The notes beneath the pieces were generated by a model. The model saw only the letters and a program-made list of their open reading frames with translations. It had not been told where the DNA came from and searched no databases. Made by a program: the position numbers and the translations under genes. A DNA stretch of 38,882 nucleotides, from positions 1 to 38,882 of IMG/VR virus record IMGVR_UViG_3300005286_000494; one strand, 5' to 3'. Origin of the DNA: a virus (taxonomy: Duplodnaviria; Caudoviricetes). Positions 1 through 8,133 of the stretch are shown piece after piece; position 1 is the first letter of the stretch; every line of letters starts with the position of its first letter.

Positions 1-38
1 TCAGGTGGTTGTGGGTTCGAGCCCCATCAGCCACCCCA
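1..38 (+). tRNA. 3' half of host tRNA, probably tRNA-His (integration target; 5' half and anticodon outside window)
   Basis: T arm GTGGG-TTCGAGC-CCCAT (11-27), acceptor 3' strand CAGCCAC, discriminator C, encoded CCA (36-38). C73 is characteristic of bacterial tRNA-His. Confidence 0.88.
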
Positions 39-1491
39 TAGACAGCATAGAGGTCGTCGCCTCAACCAAGGGAGCGTAAGCTCCGGTTGGAGTGATGGCC
101 TCTATGCTATTTGTCTCCCCTTTTGCTAACCAGAACCTATCGATGATTCGACGAACAAGCAAGCGCTGCATTTCTATATCGGCCTGCTTGAGCGCATCGC
201 CCATTGTGATCAAGGTATTCACCGCCGAGGCCAGATCAAGCTGCTGGAGCGTTTTGGGGCTGCTCGTTTGGAGTGCCTGCAATCCTTCAAGCTGTCGGCG
301 ATAGGTGATCTCGTCTATTCCTCCTAATGAAAAAGCCAGTGATAAGCGTCGCTTTTGTTCGGCGATCTGTTCAGGGCTAATCGTCTTCACCTCTTGAGTG
401 CTGACAATCATGCCTTCCGCTAGTGTAAGAATACGATCGCGCCAGTCTGTTGGAATAGCGAGCTGCTGCAAGATCGATATGGCTTGACCCTCAACAACCT
501 GGGCGCTTACAAAGGGTGCGTCGCAGGTTCGCCGCGATCGGCCAGAGCAGACATAGTAGATGCGACGCTTGCGATTGCCGTCGCCTGCGCTGGTATGTCT
601 CCACATGCGTTCGCCGCACTTGGCGCACCAGACCAGCTCGGTGAGTAGGCCGCCCGACTGGGGCAAGCTCACGCTGAAGCGCGCCTTCTTAGTGGTACGC
701 TGCTCGCGGATCGATTGGGCTAGCTCAAAGGTCTCTTTGCTAACCAAGGCCGGATGTTTGCCTGGGTAGGCTTGGCCGTTGATGCTCACCAGGCCGATAT
801 AGGCGTTATTGCGCAGAATGTAGCGGATACTCTCACGCCCAAAGATACCTCGCTCTCCTGTTTGCCAGTCGAGGGTGCGCCAACCACGCTGATTCAATTC
901 ATCGGCCAGCGTGCTATAGGAGTGCGCTCCAGAGGTATAGAGCGAAAAGATCAGCTGCACCGCTGCTGCATCGTTCGATGGTCGCAAGCTTGCACCATCA
1001 CGTTCATAGCCATAGGGCACCGGCCCAACCCAACCGCCCTGCATTGCCTTCTCTTGAAGGCCTTTTTTTGTTTCCGTCCCTAAGTTATCGCTGTAATACT
1101 GGGCGAAACTGGCCAGCATTGCAAGTGATACCTTACCCATGGGCGTTCGGAAATCGATCTGCTCGCTTACCGAGAGCACCCCTACACCGATCGCCTCCAT
1201 ATCTTCGACCAGCTTGAGGAGCAGCGCGGTATTGCGCGCTAGCCGATCGATCTTATGGGCGATGATACAGCTAAAGCGTTTAAGGTGAGCGTCGCGAATC
1301 ATCTCATTAAAGGATGGTCGATCGGCTCGCCTACCGCTATAGTCATCGTCGATGTAGATACGATAGACCTCAAAGCCAAGGATTTCGGCGTAGGAGCGGC
1401 AATGTCGCTCCTGCGCTTCGGTGCTGTACTCGCTCTGCTCTTCTGTGGAGCGGCGAATATAGATCGCCGCTCGACGTGTAGATATAACCAT
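1..1491 (-). CDS. Large serine recombinase (phage integrase)
   Basis: N-terminal YIRRSTEEQ catalytic motif, DRLAR motif, recombinase domain, Zn ribbon (CAKCG...YYVC...C), coiled coil. The last codons run antisense through the tRNA. Confidence 0.95.
   Translation of the reverse strand: MVISTRRAAIYIRRSTEEQSEYSTEAQERHCRSYAEILGFEVYRIYIDDDYSGRRADRPSFNEMIRDAHLKRFSCIIAHKIDRLARNTALLLKLVEDMEAIGVGVLSVSEQIDFRTPMGKVSLAMLASFAQYYSDNLGTETKKGLQEKAMQGGWVGPVPYGYERDGASLRPSNDAAAVQLIFSLYTSGAHSYSTLADELNQRGWRTLDWQTGERGIFGRESIRYILRNNAYIGLVSINGQAYPGKHPALVSKETFELAQSIREQRTTKKARFSVSLPQSGGLLTELVWCAKCGERMWRHTSAGDGNRKRRIYYVCSGRSRRTCDAPFVSAQVVEGQAISILQQLAIPTDWRDRILTLAEGMIVSTQEVKTISPEQIAEQKRRLSLAFSLGGIDEITYRRQLEGLQALQTSSPKTLQQLDLASAVNTLITMGDALKQADIEMQRLLVRRIIDRFWLAKGETNSIEAITPTGAYAPLVEATTSMLSMGWLMGLEPTTT
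23..38 (+). repeat. attL core, 16-bp direct repeat CCCATCAGCCACCCCA
   Basis: Exact copy at 35250-35265; lies in the tRNA 3' end next to the recombinase. Confidence 0.92.
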
Positions 1492-1493
1492 GC

Positions 1494-1652
1494 TTAACCT
1501 CGTGCTGTGTGCTGTGGCGTATCTTGACTAGATTGTACAGCACGTTGGGCGATCGCTACAGTGAGCTCTGCGAGTGTTTGTAACAGCGCCTCGATCTGCT
1601 GCTGATCTTTCTCTTGTTCGGTATCACTGGGTAGGATTATGATCTCGGCCAT
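1494..1652 (-). CDS. 52-aa hypothetical protein (MAEIIILPSDTEQEKD...), candidate recombination directionality factor
   Basis: Translated by hand; fills the gap between the DUF1064-like gene and the integrase with 2-nt spacing at each end. Function inferred from position only. Confidence 0.55.
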   Translation of the reverse strand: MAEIIILPSDTEQEKDQQQIEALLQTLAELTVAIAQRAVQSSQDTPQHTARG

Positions 1653-1654
1653 AG

Positions 1655-1972
1655 TTACACCTTTAAGACTCTCAGCTCAATGTTGGGATAACGCTTGCGA
1701 AAAAACCATGCTTTCAGCTTGAAAATCGGCGTCTCTACGCCCTTCACATCTTCGACGATAATGCGCTCGCCGATAGAGTAGCGAAAGTCACCAATGTAAA
1801 CCGGCGCGCCCTTGCCATCGTCGAGCGGGTAGCGCGGTTGACAGACCAGGCCTGCGATCTTGCCCTTGGTTGCCAATTGCTTAAGTTGGAGGTAGCGACG
1901 GGCTTCGGCCTTGCTGGCAAAGCGTCGACCGTCGACGCGAACCGGTTGGTTGCCGTACTTGGAATAGCTCAC
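1655..1972 (-). CDS. DUF1064-like PD-(D/E)xK nuclease / putative Holliday junction resolvase
   Basis: SKYGN...DG..F.SKAEARRY..L and Y.GDF.Y...VEDVKG..T..FKLK motifs. Confidence 0.85.
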   Translation of the reverse strand: MSYSKYGNQPVRVDGRRFASKAEARRYLQLKQLATKGKIAGLVCQPRYPLDDGKGAPVYIGDFRYSIGERIIVEDVKGVETPIFKLKAWFFRKRYPNIELRVLKV

Positions 1973-2343
1973 GAGTATTCTTCCTCCAGCTCAAAATCCT
2001 CATCGTCTGTGTTGAAGAGATCCTCGTCGAGGGCTCGCTCGATCGGGGTGGCCTCGGGCTGCTTCTTCTCGCGCAAAACAGTGTCCTCGATCTTGGTATT
2101 GAACTTGACCTCGATACCAGGCGCGCGATGGTAGAGCTTTTTGGCAATCGCGTTTTTGGCCATTCGCAGATCCTCGGCGCCGAAAAACTCTAGCTTAAGT
2201 TTGACTTCGCTTGTGGGTTGGGTTTCAAACAGATCGGACAAACGCTCAAAGAAGTCTTTGCGCGCAGCGGGTGTGCTGAGTTTTGCGCTGATAGTCAGCT
2301 CGGCCTTGGTATTTTCAATATCCAAATCGATATCCATATCCAT
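1969..2343 (-). CDS. Hypothetical phage protein with acidic C-terminus
   Basis: AGGAG RBS before ATG at 2343; overlaps the next gene by 4 nt. Confidence 0.7.
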   Translation of the reverse strand: MDMDIDLDIENTKAELTISAKLSTPAARKDFFERLSDLFETQPTSEVKLKLEFFGAEDLRMAKNAIAKKLYHRAPGIEVKFNTKIEDTVLREKKQPEATPIERALDEDLFNTDDEDFELEEEYS

Positions 2344-2353
2344 GAGGTTTCTC

Positions 2354-2623
2354 CTATGCTGCCTTGCGGCTCTTGGACCGAGTAGGTCGGCGCGGTACGT
2401 AGGTCGAGGCAAAGGATTTAAGCGGTTGGCCAGCCTTGATACAGGCGATCTCTTGGCGGCGCTGGTCCCAGGCCTGGGCCAGTTGACTGCGCAGATCGGC
2501 GACCTGATTGTGATTCATTGCTCGCTCTGGCCAAGCGCGATAGAGGTCACAGAGCTGCTGTTCAAGCTCTTGCACCCGCTGAAGGGCTGGTTGGTGGATT
2601 GGTTTCGGAAAGCGAAAGCGCAT
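2354..2623 (-). CDS. Hypothetical phage protein
   Basis: Tightly packed in the early operon, GGAGG RBS. Confidence 0.65.
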   Translation of the reverse strand: MRFRFPKPIHQPALQRVQELEQQLCDLYRAWPERAMNHNQVADLRSQLAQAWDQRRQEIACIKAGQPLKSFASTYVPRRPTRSKSRKAA

Positions 2624-2626
2624 CGA

Positions 2627-3442
2627 TCAAACCCCTTCCATATCAAACAACTGAGCCTGTTGGACTGGTACGTTTTTCAACCACACCACTTCGGTTCGCG
2701 CTCGCCCTCCATCGGCGTTGGCTGCAATTTGTACTCGTCGCCAATGCCCTAGGCGAGAGCTGTAGAGATTGCAGTCATAACCACAGAGCACAACTGCGCC
2801 CGTATGCCGATCAAGCGTTTTAATCAGTTCGATATGATCCCCGTCGGTGATCTCGTGCGTATAACGAGTTCGGCCACCGCGTGTCGATCGCGGATAAGGA
2901 GGGTCGACAAACAACAGCGTGTTCGGTGCGTTGTAGTAACTGATGATTTCAAGTGCAGGTCGACATCGAATCTCGGCCAACTTCAACCGGTCAACAACTC
3001 CTTGCAAGCGCTTGGGTAGCGCATTCCATACACTTGTCGTGCTTGTTTTGGAACTTGTATTTCCGCGATGCCGAAACCCTGCTCTGTGAAGTACACCTCC
3101 ATGGTTCATCCATTGGCGTGTAAGAAACCGTCGCGCCCGTTCTACGTCATCGATACCTTCGGCTGGTGTCCAGCTCAGTTGGTGTTCTGTCTCAGCCCAG
3201 GGCGTGAGCTCGATTTGCTCGATCAACCGGTTGGGCTGCTCTCTCAGTACTCGAAACAGGTTGACGATATCGTCGTTGAGATCATTGAGAACAGCGTGAT
3301 AGGGCTGCCAAGGAAGATTGAGATAGATCGCCGCTGACCCACAGAAGGGTTCTACATAGCGGCGCGTCCTAGGAAGTAGAGACACGATCTGGTCGGCAAT
3401 ACTCCACTTTGCTCCAAAGTATTTCAGAATAGGTGCGGTCAT
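2627..3442 (-). CDS. DNA adenine methyltransferase (Dam/D12 class)
   Basis: KYFGAKW, YVEPFCGSAA (SAM binding), LNDLN, DPPY catalytic motif. Confidence 0.93.
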   Translation of the reverse strand: MTAPILKYFGAKWSIADQIVSLLPRTRRYVEPFCGSAAIYLNLPWQPYHAVLNDLNDDIVNLFRVLREQPNRLIEQIELTPWAETEHQLSWTPAEGIDDVERARRFLTRQWMNHGGVLHRAGFRHRGNTSSKTSTTSVWNALPKRLQGVVDRLKLAEIRCRPALEIISYYNAPNTLLFVDPPYPRSTRGGRTRYTHEITDGDHIELIKTLDRHTGAVVLCGYDCNLYSSRLGHWRRVQIAANADGGRARTEVVWLKNVPVQQAQLFDMEGV

Positions 3443-3454
3443 CTCCAGATCCTC

Positions 3455-4399
3455 TTAGCGCAAGGCGCGATAATCGCTGATCACCAGTTCGATACAGGTA
3501 CACGAGCCCTTGATACGTGAACGAATGCGCGGATCGTTCAGCTGGTCTACAGGATAGTTACTGGTATAGATGGTCGGACGCTCGGCATTGTCACGCGCAG
3601 TCACTAATTCGAATAAGGTCATTTCTGACCATTGGGTTGTGTTTTCGGTGCCAAGATCGTCGATCACCAAGAGTGGGCAACTGATCAGCGCTTCAAGTCG
3701 TTGGCTTGCACTGCCATCGCTAAACCCGTCTTGCACCAGGCGTAACAGGCTGCTGACTGTGCCATAGCGAGCGGGAACACCAGTAGCACAGGCAGCATTA
3801 ACGATCGCTGCGGCTAGGTGGCTTTTGCCCGATCCGGGAGGGCCGTAGAAGAACAGGCTCTCAATCCCTTGCGGATCGAAGTCGCGAGCGATTCCAAGCG
3901 CCTTCACAAGCGCCTTGCGCTGCTCCTGCTCGCTGAAACTCTTGCCATTCCAACTTATTGGCGCAAGAGGTCGAGCACGATCGAGGTTTTCAAAGGTGCA
4001 ATACCGTAGTTTGCCCAGATCGGCATGGAGCTGCTGCGTGTAGCGGCTTGCGATCGCAGCTGCAGCTGCTGTTCGTTCTGCTTGGAGGGTTGCTTGCATA
4101 CAACGACACACTTGTAATTTTCCCCAATCTTGATGGCCAAAAGGAACGTCCAGCAGGAAGTGGCCAATACCTCGACAGATTTCACATGTGGGATCCGCTT
4201 TGGGATTGCCGTTGCTGGCGCTGCGCGTTCCGAGCGGCGACTTCGGCGGCATAGCGTTGCCGCTCTCGCTGCTCGACCAGGTCGAGCTCGTCGAGCTCTG
4301 CTTGGCTAAGCTCAGATCGTTGTGGTCGATCCGTCGAAAGTTGCTGGGCTTCTGGTGCTCGCCCTCGCCCCGGTCCCATGGTCCGCTGCGGTACTGCAT
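3455..4399 (-). CDS. DnaC/IstB-like AAA+ helicase loader
   Basis: Zn motif CEIC...CRC, Walker A GPPGSGKS, Walker B LLVIDDLG, TSN, RIRSRI. Start codon uncertain. Confidence 0.92.
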   Translation of the reverse strand: MQYRSGPWDRGEGEHQKPSNFRRIDHNDLSLAKQSSTSSTWSSSESGNAMPPKSPLGTRSASNGNPKADPTCEICRGIGHFLLDVPFGHQDWGKLQVCRCMQATLQAERTAAAAAIASRYTQQLHADLGKLRYCTFENLDRARPLAPISWNGKSFSEQEQRKALVKALGIARDFDPQGIESLFFYGPPGSGKSHLAAAIVNAACATGVPARYGTVSSLLRLVQDGFSDGSASQRLEALISCPLLVIDDLGTENTTQWSEMTLFELVTARDNAERPTIYTSNYPVDQLNDPRIRSRIKGSCTCIELVISDYRALR

Positions 4400-5231
4400 A
4401 GTTTCGCTCCTGTTGTTTCAGTATGAGGGGCAGCTTTAGCTCTGCAAGGCAGTTTTTGATAATTGCGCCCGGGCCGCCTGAACTGGCGTGAGTGTTGGCA
4501 ATGATGGCGGCTACCCGCTCTGGAGGCAGTTTGGCTGCTTGTATTCGGGCAGGACTTGTACAGCCTGCTTGAGTCAGCAGAGCAAAACTCTGAGGGTAAT
4601 ACTTCTGCTCTGCTGACTGTTCGGCGTTTTGTCCTGATTGCTGTGCGGTCACGGTGGTGGATTCCACCACCACCTGATTGGAATCTAAGACATGGTGGGA
4701 AAGAGTGTCGTTTGGCGTTAGATCGCCAGATTCATCAGTTGCCATTTCATGAAAAGATTTCACCTTTTCGGCATCATCGGCACTATTACCCAAAGGGTTT
4801 TCATGAAATCCTTGCACCTTTTCAGCCTGTTCAGTGCTATTACCTGAAGTATTTTCATGAAATTTCTTCGCCTTTTGTGCTTTTTTGGAGCGTAAACCAT
4901 GCAGTTTTTGCATGATTTCTTCCTGTTTAGCACGTAGGCCTTTTTCTCTGAGGAGCTTGGTTTCGTCATCAAGCCCGCTTAGGATGACATAGAGAGATGG
5001 TCGGCCTCTGCCAACGCCTACAATTCGGGCGATCTCTCCAATAGCGCACAATTCTTCGACAATCGTGCTGACTTGCCGACTGGAGATACGGGCACGGCGC
5101 GAAAGGGTATCGATCTTGGGCCAACAATAGCCCTCATCATCAGCAATATCGGCAAGTGCAAGCAGGACCAGTAGGGCGCTCCCTTCTGCTTTGCCTTTAT
5201 CCCAAATGCGGTTGAATTCTTGAATACTCAT
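4182..5231 (-). CDS. Phage replication initiator with N-terminal winged HTH
   Basis: LVLLALAD.ADDEG.CWP.I.TL N-terminus, internal DNA repeats, directly upstream of the loader. An upstream GTG start at 5285 is possible. Confidence 0.85.
   Translation of the reverse strand: MSIQEFNRIWDKGKAEGSALLVLLALADIADDEGYCWPKIDTLSRRARISSRQVSTIVEELCAIGEIARIVGVGRGRPSLYVILSGLDDETKLLREKGLRAKQEEIMQKLHGLRSKKAQKAKKFHENTSGNSTEQAEKVQGFHENPLGNSADDAEKVKSFHEMATDESGDLTPNDTLSHHVLDSNQVVVESTTVTAQQSGQNAEQSAEQKYYPQSFALLTQAGCTSPARIQAAKLPPERVAAIIANTHASSGGPGAIIKNCLAELKLPLILKQQERNYAVPQRTMGPGRGRAPEAQQLSTDRPQRSELSQAELDELDLVEQRERQRYAAEVAARNAQRQQRQSQSGSHM
4745..4917. repeat. Iteron array / probable phage origin
   Basis: Palindrome TTTCATGAAA at 4745, 4799 and 4853 (54-bp period), degenerate copy at 4908, all inside the initiator gene. 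Confidence 0.75.
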
Positions 5232-5296
5232 ATGTCTACCTTGCTGATCGTGTTGGGCTATGGGTGGTGACTCTGTTGTCACCACCCCAATTCAGG

Positions 5297-5608
5297 CTAG
5301 GCGCGTTCTTTGCAGTAGCTACCATCGCCCATTTTGTGACTGCAATACCACGTACCCGGGCGCTTGGTGCTCTCCTTCATAGGCCCGTGATACGGACATA
5401 TGGGCGCTTCTCGGATCCTCTCTGTGCGAGCTTGGCGCGCAGCTGCAGGGGCCACCGCACCGATCTCGCGCAGGCTTTTGAGCGCATTCCTCAGACGCTT
5501 GGCGCTGCCAACAATCTGAACATCAATCGGGAAATCGTCCAGAATGATGTGAATGGTGAATCTCGGCGGCGGTAGATTCTGTTCGTCTTGCGTGTATTCG
5601 TCGCTCAT
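5297..5608 (-). CDS. Hypothetical protein with C-terminal Zn-finger-like motif
   Basis: CPYHG.M...G.WYC...C motif; abuts the upstream stop codon. Confidence 0.75.
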   Translation of the reverse strand: MSDEYTQDEQNLPPPRFTIHIILDDFPIDVQIVGSAKRLRNALKSLREIGAVAPAAARQARTERIREAPICPYHGPMKESTKRPGTWYCSHKMGDGSYCKERA

Positions 5609-6379
5609 CTACTTCACCTCGTCGAGCTCGGCCAGCTGGCGCTTGGTGGCTTCCAGCAGCATGTAGCCATCGGCTTCGGCGCGGTCCTTAAAGGGCTCCA
5701 ACTCCTGACACAGATCGACCCAGGCCTCCAAACGTTGGCGTAATTGGGCCACTCGCTTGGCCTGCTCGATCACTTCGGTCTGGGCGCGCTGTGCTTCGTC
5801 CATCCACATCCTGCGCTCTTGCCAGGCGACGTTAAAACTACGCTGGAGCATATCGGCTTGCTGTCTGTGAATCTCGGCGTGCGCCTTTGCCTGGTCGAGC
5901 TGAGCGGTCAATGTATTGAGTGACTTGGTGGCTTCGACACTGCTGTGCTCTACCTGCTCGGCTTCGCGGCAGCGCTCAACGAGATCGTTGATGCCCTGGT
6001 TGAGATCGGTAATCTCGCTCCAGGCCGATAGAAGCGCCCCTCCGTCCAGTCTGAGCATAAACTCGGTCTGTTCACGATCGTAGATTGCGTTGTTGAGCTG
6101 GTTCTGGCTCAGCTCGATGCAGTGGTATGCAATCTCAAGCTCGTGCTCCAGCTCGCGAACACGATCTTCGGCACTGTTCTTGATCTCGCGCAGCGCGTCG
6201 AGTCGAACGTCGAGATCGTTGGCCCGTTCGGTTTGAATCACCAGCTGTCGCTCGGCCTGCTCGGCCCGATTGCGGAAGTGCATAATCCAGCCGCTCTGGT
6301 TGACCTTCTCGGCCAAGTCAATATCGAGCGGCTCGGTGCCAACCAGCACCCGTTGTGCGTCTTGTGGTATGATGGTCAT
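5609..6379 (-). CDS. Long coiled-coil protein
   Basis: E/Q/A/L-rich heptad pattern over 256 aa; operonic. Confidence 0.75.
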   Translation of the reverse strand: MTIIPQDAQRVLVGTEPLDIDLAEKVNQSGWIMHFRNRAEQAERQLVIQTERANDLDVRLDALREIKNSAEDRVRELEHELEIAYHCIELSQNQLNNAIYDREQTEFMLRLDGGALLSAWSEITDLNQGINDLVERCREAEQVEHSSVEATKSLNTLTAQLDQAKAHAEIHRQQADMLQRSFNVAWQERRMWMDEAQRAQTEVIEQAKRVAQLRQRLEAWVDLCQELEPFKDRAEADGYMLLEATKRQLAELDEVK

Positions 6380-6398
6380 AAGAGGTTTTTTCCTTTGG

Positions 6399-6429
6399 AG
6401 CGCTTATGTGGTGGCACCACATAAGCGCT
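6399..6429. repeat. 31-bp palindrome (15-bp perfect arms, 1-nt spacer)
   Basis: AGCGCTTATGTGGTG-G-CACCACATAAGCGCT, intergenic. Confidence 0.85.
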
Positions 6430-6435
6430 TCGCTT

Positions 6436-6717
6436 TTACTTGATCGCTTTATTGATTACGGCGTTGATCTGATCGATACGGATTTGTTGATCGTATCCAA
6501 ATCCATTTCGTAGGATATAGCTGCGTGCCTGTTGCAGGGCTTCGAACATCTCGGGCGCTGCGGCGAATAGCCTGGCTCGTTGTTCATCTTGCTCCGCTGT
6601 TGTTCCTTCACCGCAGACCACGGCTACGACCTTGCCGCGCTTGTCGACGATGCCAATGCCTCGTTTGACAACGAATGAACCCACTGCAACATTGAGCGTT
6701 TCTTCGTGAGCCGTCAT
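6436..6717 (-). CDS. Hypothetical phage protein
   Basis: ARLFAAAPEMFEAL motif common in small phage early proteins; ATGA coupling. Confidence 0.75.
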   Translation of the reverse strand: MTAHEETLNVAVGSFVVKRGIGIVDKRGKVVAVVCGEGTTAEQDEQRARLFAAAPEMFEALQQARSYILRNGFGYDQQIRIDQINAVINKAIK

Positions 6718-7052
6718 TTGCTCTTGCCCTCTAAATACTCATCGCCCAGGGCGGTGATTGCGTATGTTGTGTTCTGGTCGATCAGCAGCCTCCAGCGTAA
6801 GTCGCTACCACGTTGCTCTAGCTCGCGATTGGTTTGGGCTGCCTCGTCTTTGGTCATCACCCGCGATCCTGCGACCGCGTCCGTTGTGATACTCGCCAGT
6901 TCATAGGTCCGACGTTCGGGACGTTTGGAGAGAAATGTGCGCTCAGCCATATCGCGCCGAGTATCGCCTGAATGCGCCATGTACAACCTCTCTACCAACT
7001 CCTCAGGTGAATGTGCTTCACCGTCGATCATTTCATACTTTGGTAGTCGCAT
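6714..7052 (-). CDS. Hypothetical phage protein
   Basis: Operonic; overlaps both neighbours. Confidence 0.65.
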   Translation of the reverse strand: MRLPKYEMIDGEAHSPEELVERLYMAHSGDTRRDMAERTFLSKRPERRTYELASITTDAVAGSRVMTKDEAAQTNRELEQRGSDLRWRLLIDQNTTYAITALGDEYLEGKSK

Positions 7053-7278
7053 AGACTTGTCCTTGCTGATACTGTTTGCTTGCCTTCTGACGTAAGTCGG
7101 CTACACGTTCCCGAATAACCTCTGCTGCTTCAAGAACTTCACGTAGTTCGTTGTAATCCTCTCGGCTTAGGCTGCTGCGCTGCCTTGCCGCCACAATTGC
7201 GATTGCCTCCCGTTGACGATCGAGCGCCGCTGCAATGTCGTCTAGTGCTGCAATCTCAGCGCTCTCGCGTCGTGCCAA
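7033..7278 (-). CDS. Hypothetical helical protein
   Basis: AAGGAGG RBS upstream; operonic. Confidence 0.65.
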   Translation of the reverse strand: MARRESAEIAALDDIAAALDRQREAIAIVAARQRSSLSREDYNELREVLEAAEVIRERVADLRQKASKQYQQGQVYATTKV

Positions 7279-7651
7279 TGATTGCCTCCTTGGTGAGTTG
7301 CCCGGCCAGGTAGGCCGACTCGATCTCCCCCGGTTGTTCCCCGCGATGTGTACGCCACAGATGTAAGCCGCCCACTACCGCGCCGCCAATTCCTACAATC
7401 GCCCAAATCCCTATCAACACTTGGATATCCCCAAGTAAAAGGAGCGCCACACTAATGCCTAGAAATAGGGCAGTTGTGCCAAGGGTGTAGCGCGAGACTC
7501 GCGAGAGACGAGCATTCCAGAGAAGCGCGTGCTCTAGAATGAGTAGGGATGTTGAAACCATCGCGCCTATAACAAATTCGTACACAGTTTTTGCTTTCTC
7601 TACTACACTAGCTAAAGAAACGGGCACTAGTCGACTTGGCAGCGCAGCCAA
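7256..7651 (-). CDS. Small membrane protein (about 3 TM helices)
   Basis: Hydrophobic segments; start uncertain. Confidence 0.6.
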   Translation of the reverse strand: MAALPSRLVPVSLASVVEKAKTVYEFVIGAMVSTSLLILEHALLWNARLSRVSRYTLGTTALFLGISVALLLLGDIQVLIGIWAIVGIGGAVVGGLHLWRTHRGEQPGEIESAYLAGQLTKEAIIGTTRER

Positions 7652-8133
7652 AGGGTGGCAGCGCGCTGGTGTTTGCAGCGAGCGACCCGAGCAGGGCAGC
7701 TGCAGCTGTTGGCTGAAACGATGTAGTAGCGGTTGGTGCTGTCGCTTGGCATCAAGATGCCGTTGGCCGCTTTACGAATGCGATGGAAATGGCGAATCAG
7801 ATAGAGCACAACTGCCAAGGCTTTGGGATCGTCGAGGCTCTGCTCCCAAGCCCGAGCCAATACGACCGCACCGTGCCAGCAGACCTGGCGAGTGTTGGCG
7901 AAGATCTCGGCCGCCCGAGTGGGGGCGTCGATCTCTTCCTCGAAGCTCGGGATTTGGTTGAGTACAGCAGGTGCACGAAGTTCGCGGGTAAGGTACTGGA
8001 TCTCGTCCTGGGCTTCTGCTTGGTGGTGGAACGGCCCAAACGTCGCGGCGTTGATGTCGGCCCACCACTGGCCGCGCTCTTGGTAGATGCGCGGTTTGGA
8101 CACTGTGTCCAAAGTTGTGAGAGTGGCTAGCAT
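7627..8133 (-). CDS. SWIM-type zinc finger protein
   Basis: YYIV...CSCP.....CKH..A motif; AAGGAGGAG RBS. Confidence 0.8.
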   Translation of the reverse strand: MLATLTTLDTVSKPRIYQERGQWWADINAATFGPFHHQAEAQDEIQYLTRELRAPAVLNQIPSFEEEIDAPTRAAEIFANTRQVCWHGAVVLARAWEQSLDDPKALAVVLYLIRHFHRIRKAANGILMPSDSTNRYYIVSANSCSCPARVARCKHQRAATLWLRCQVD

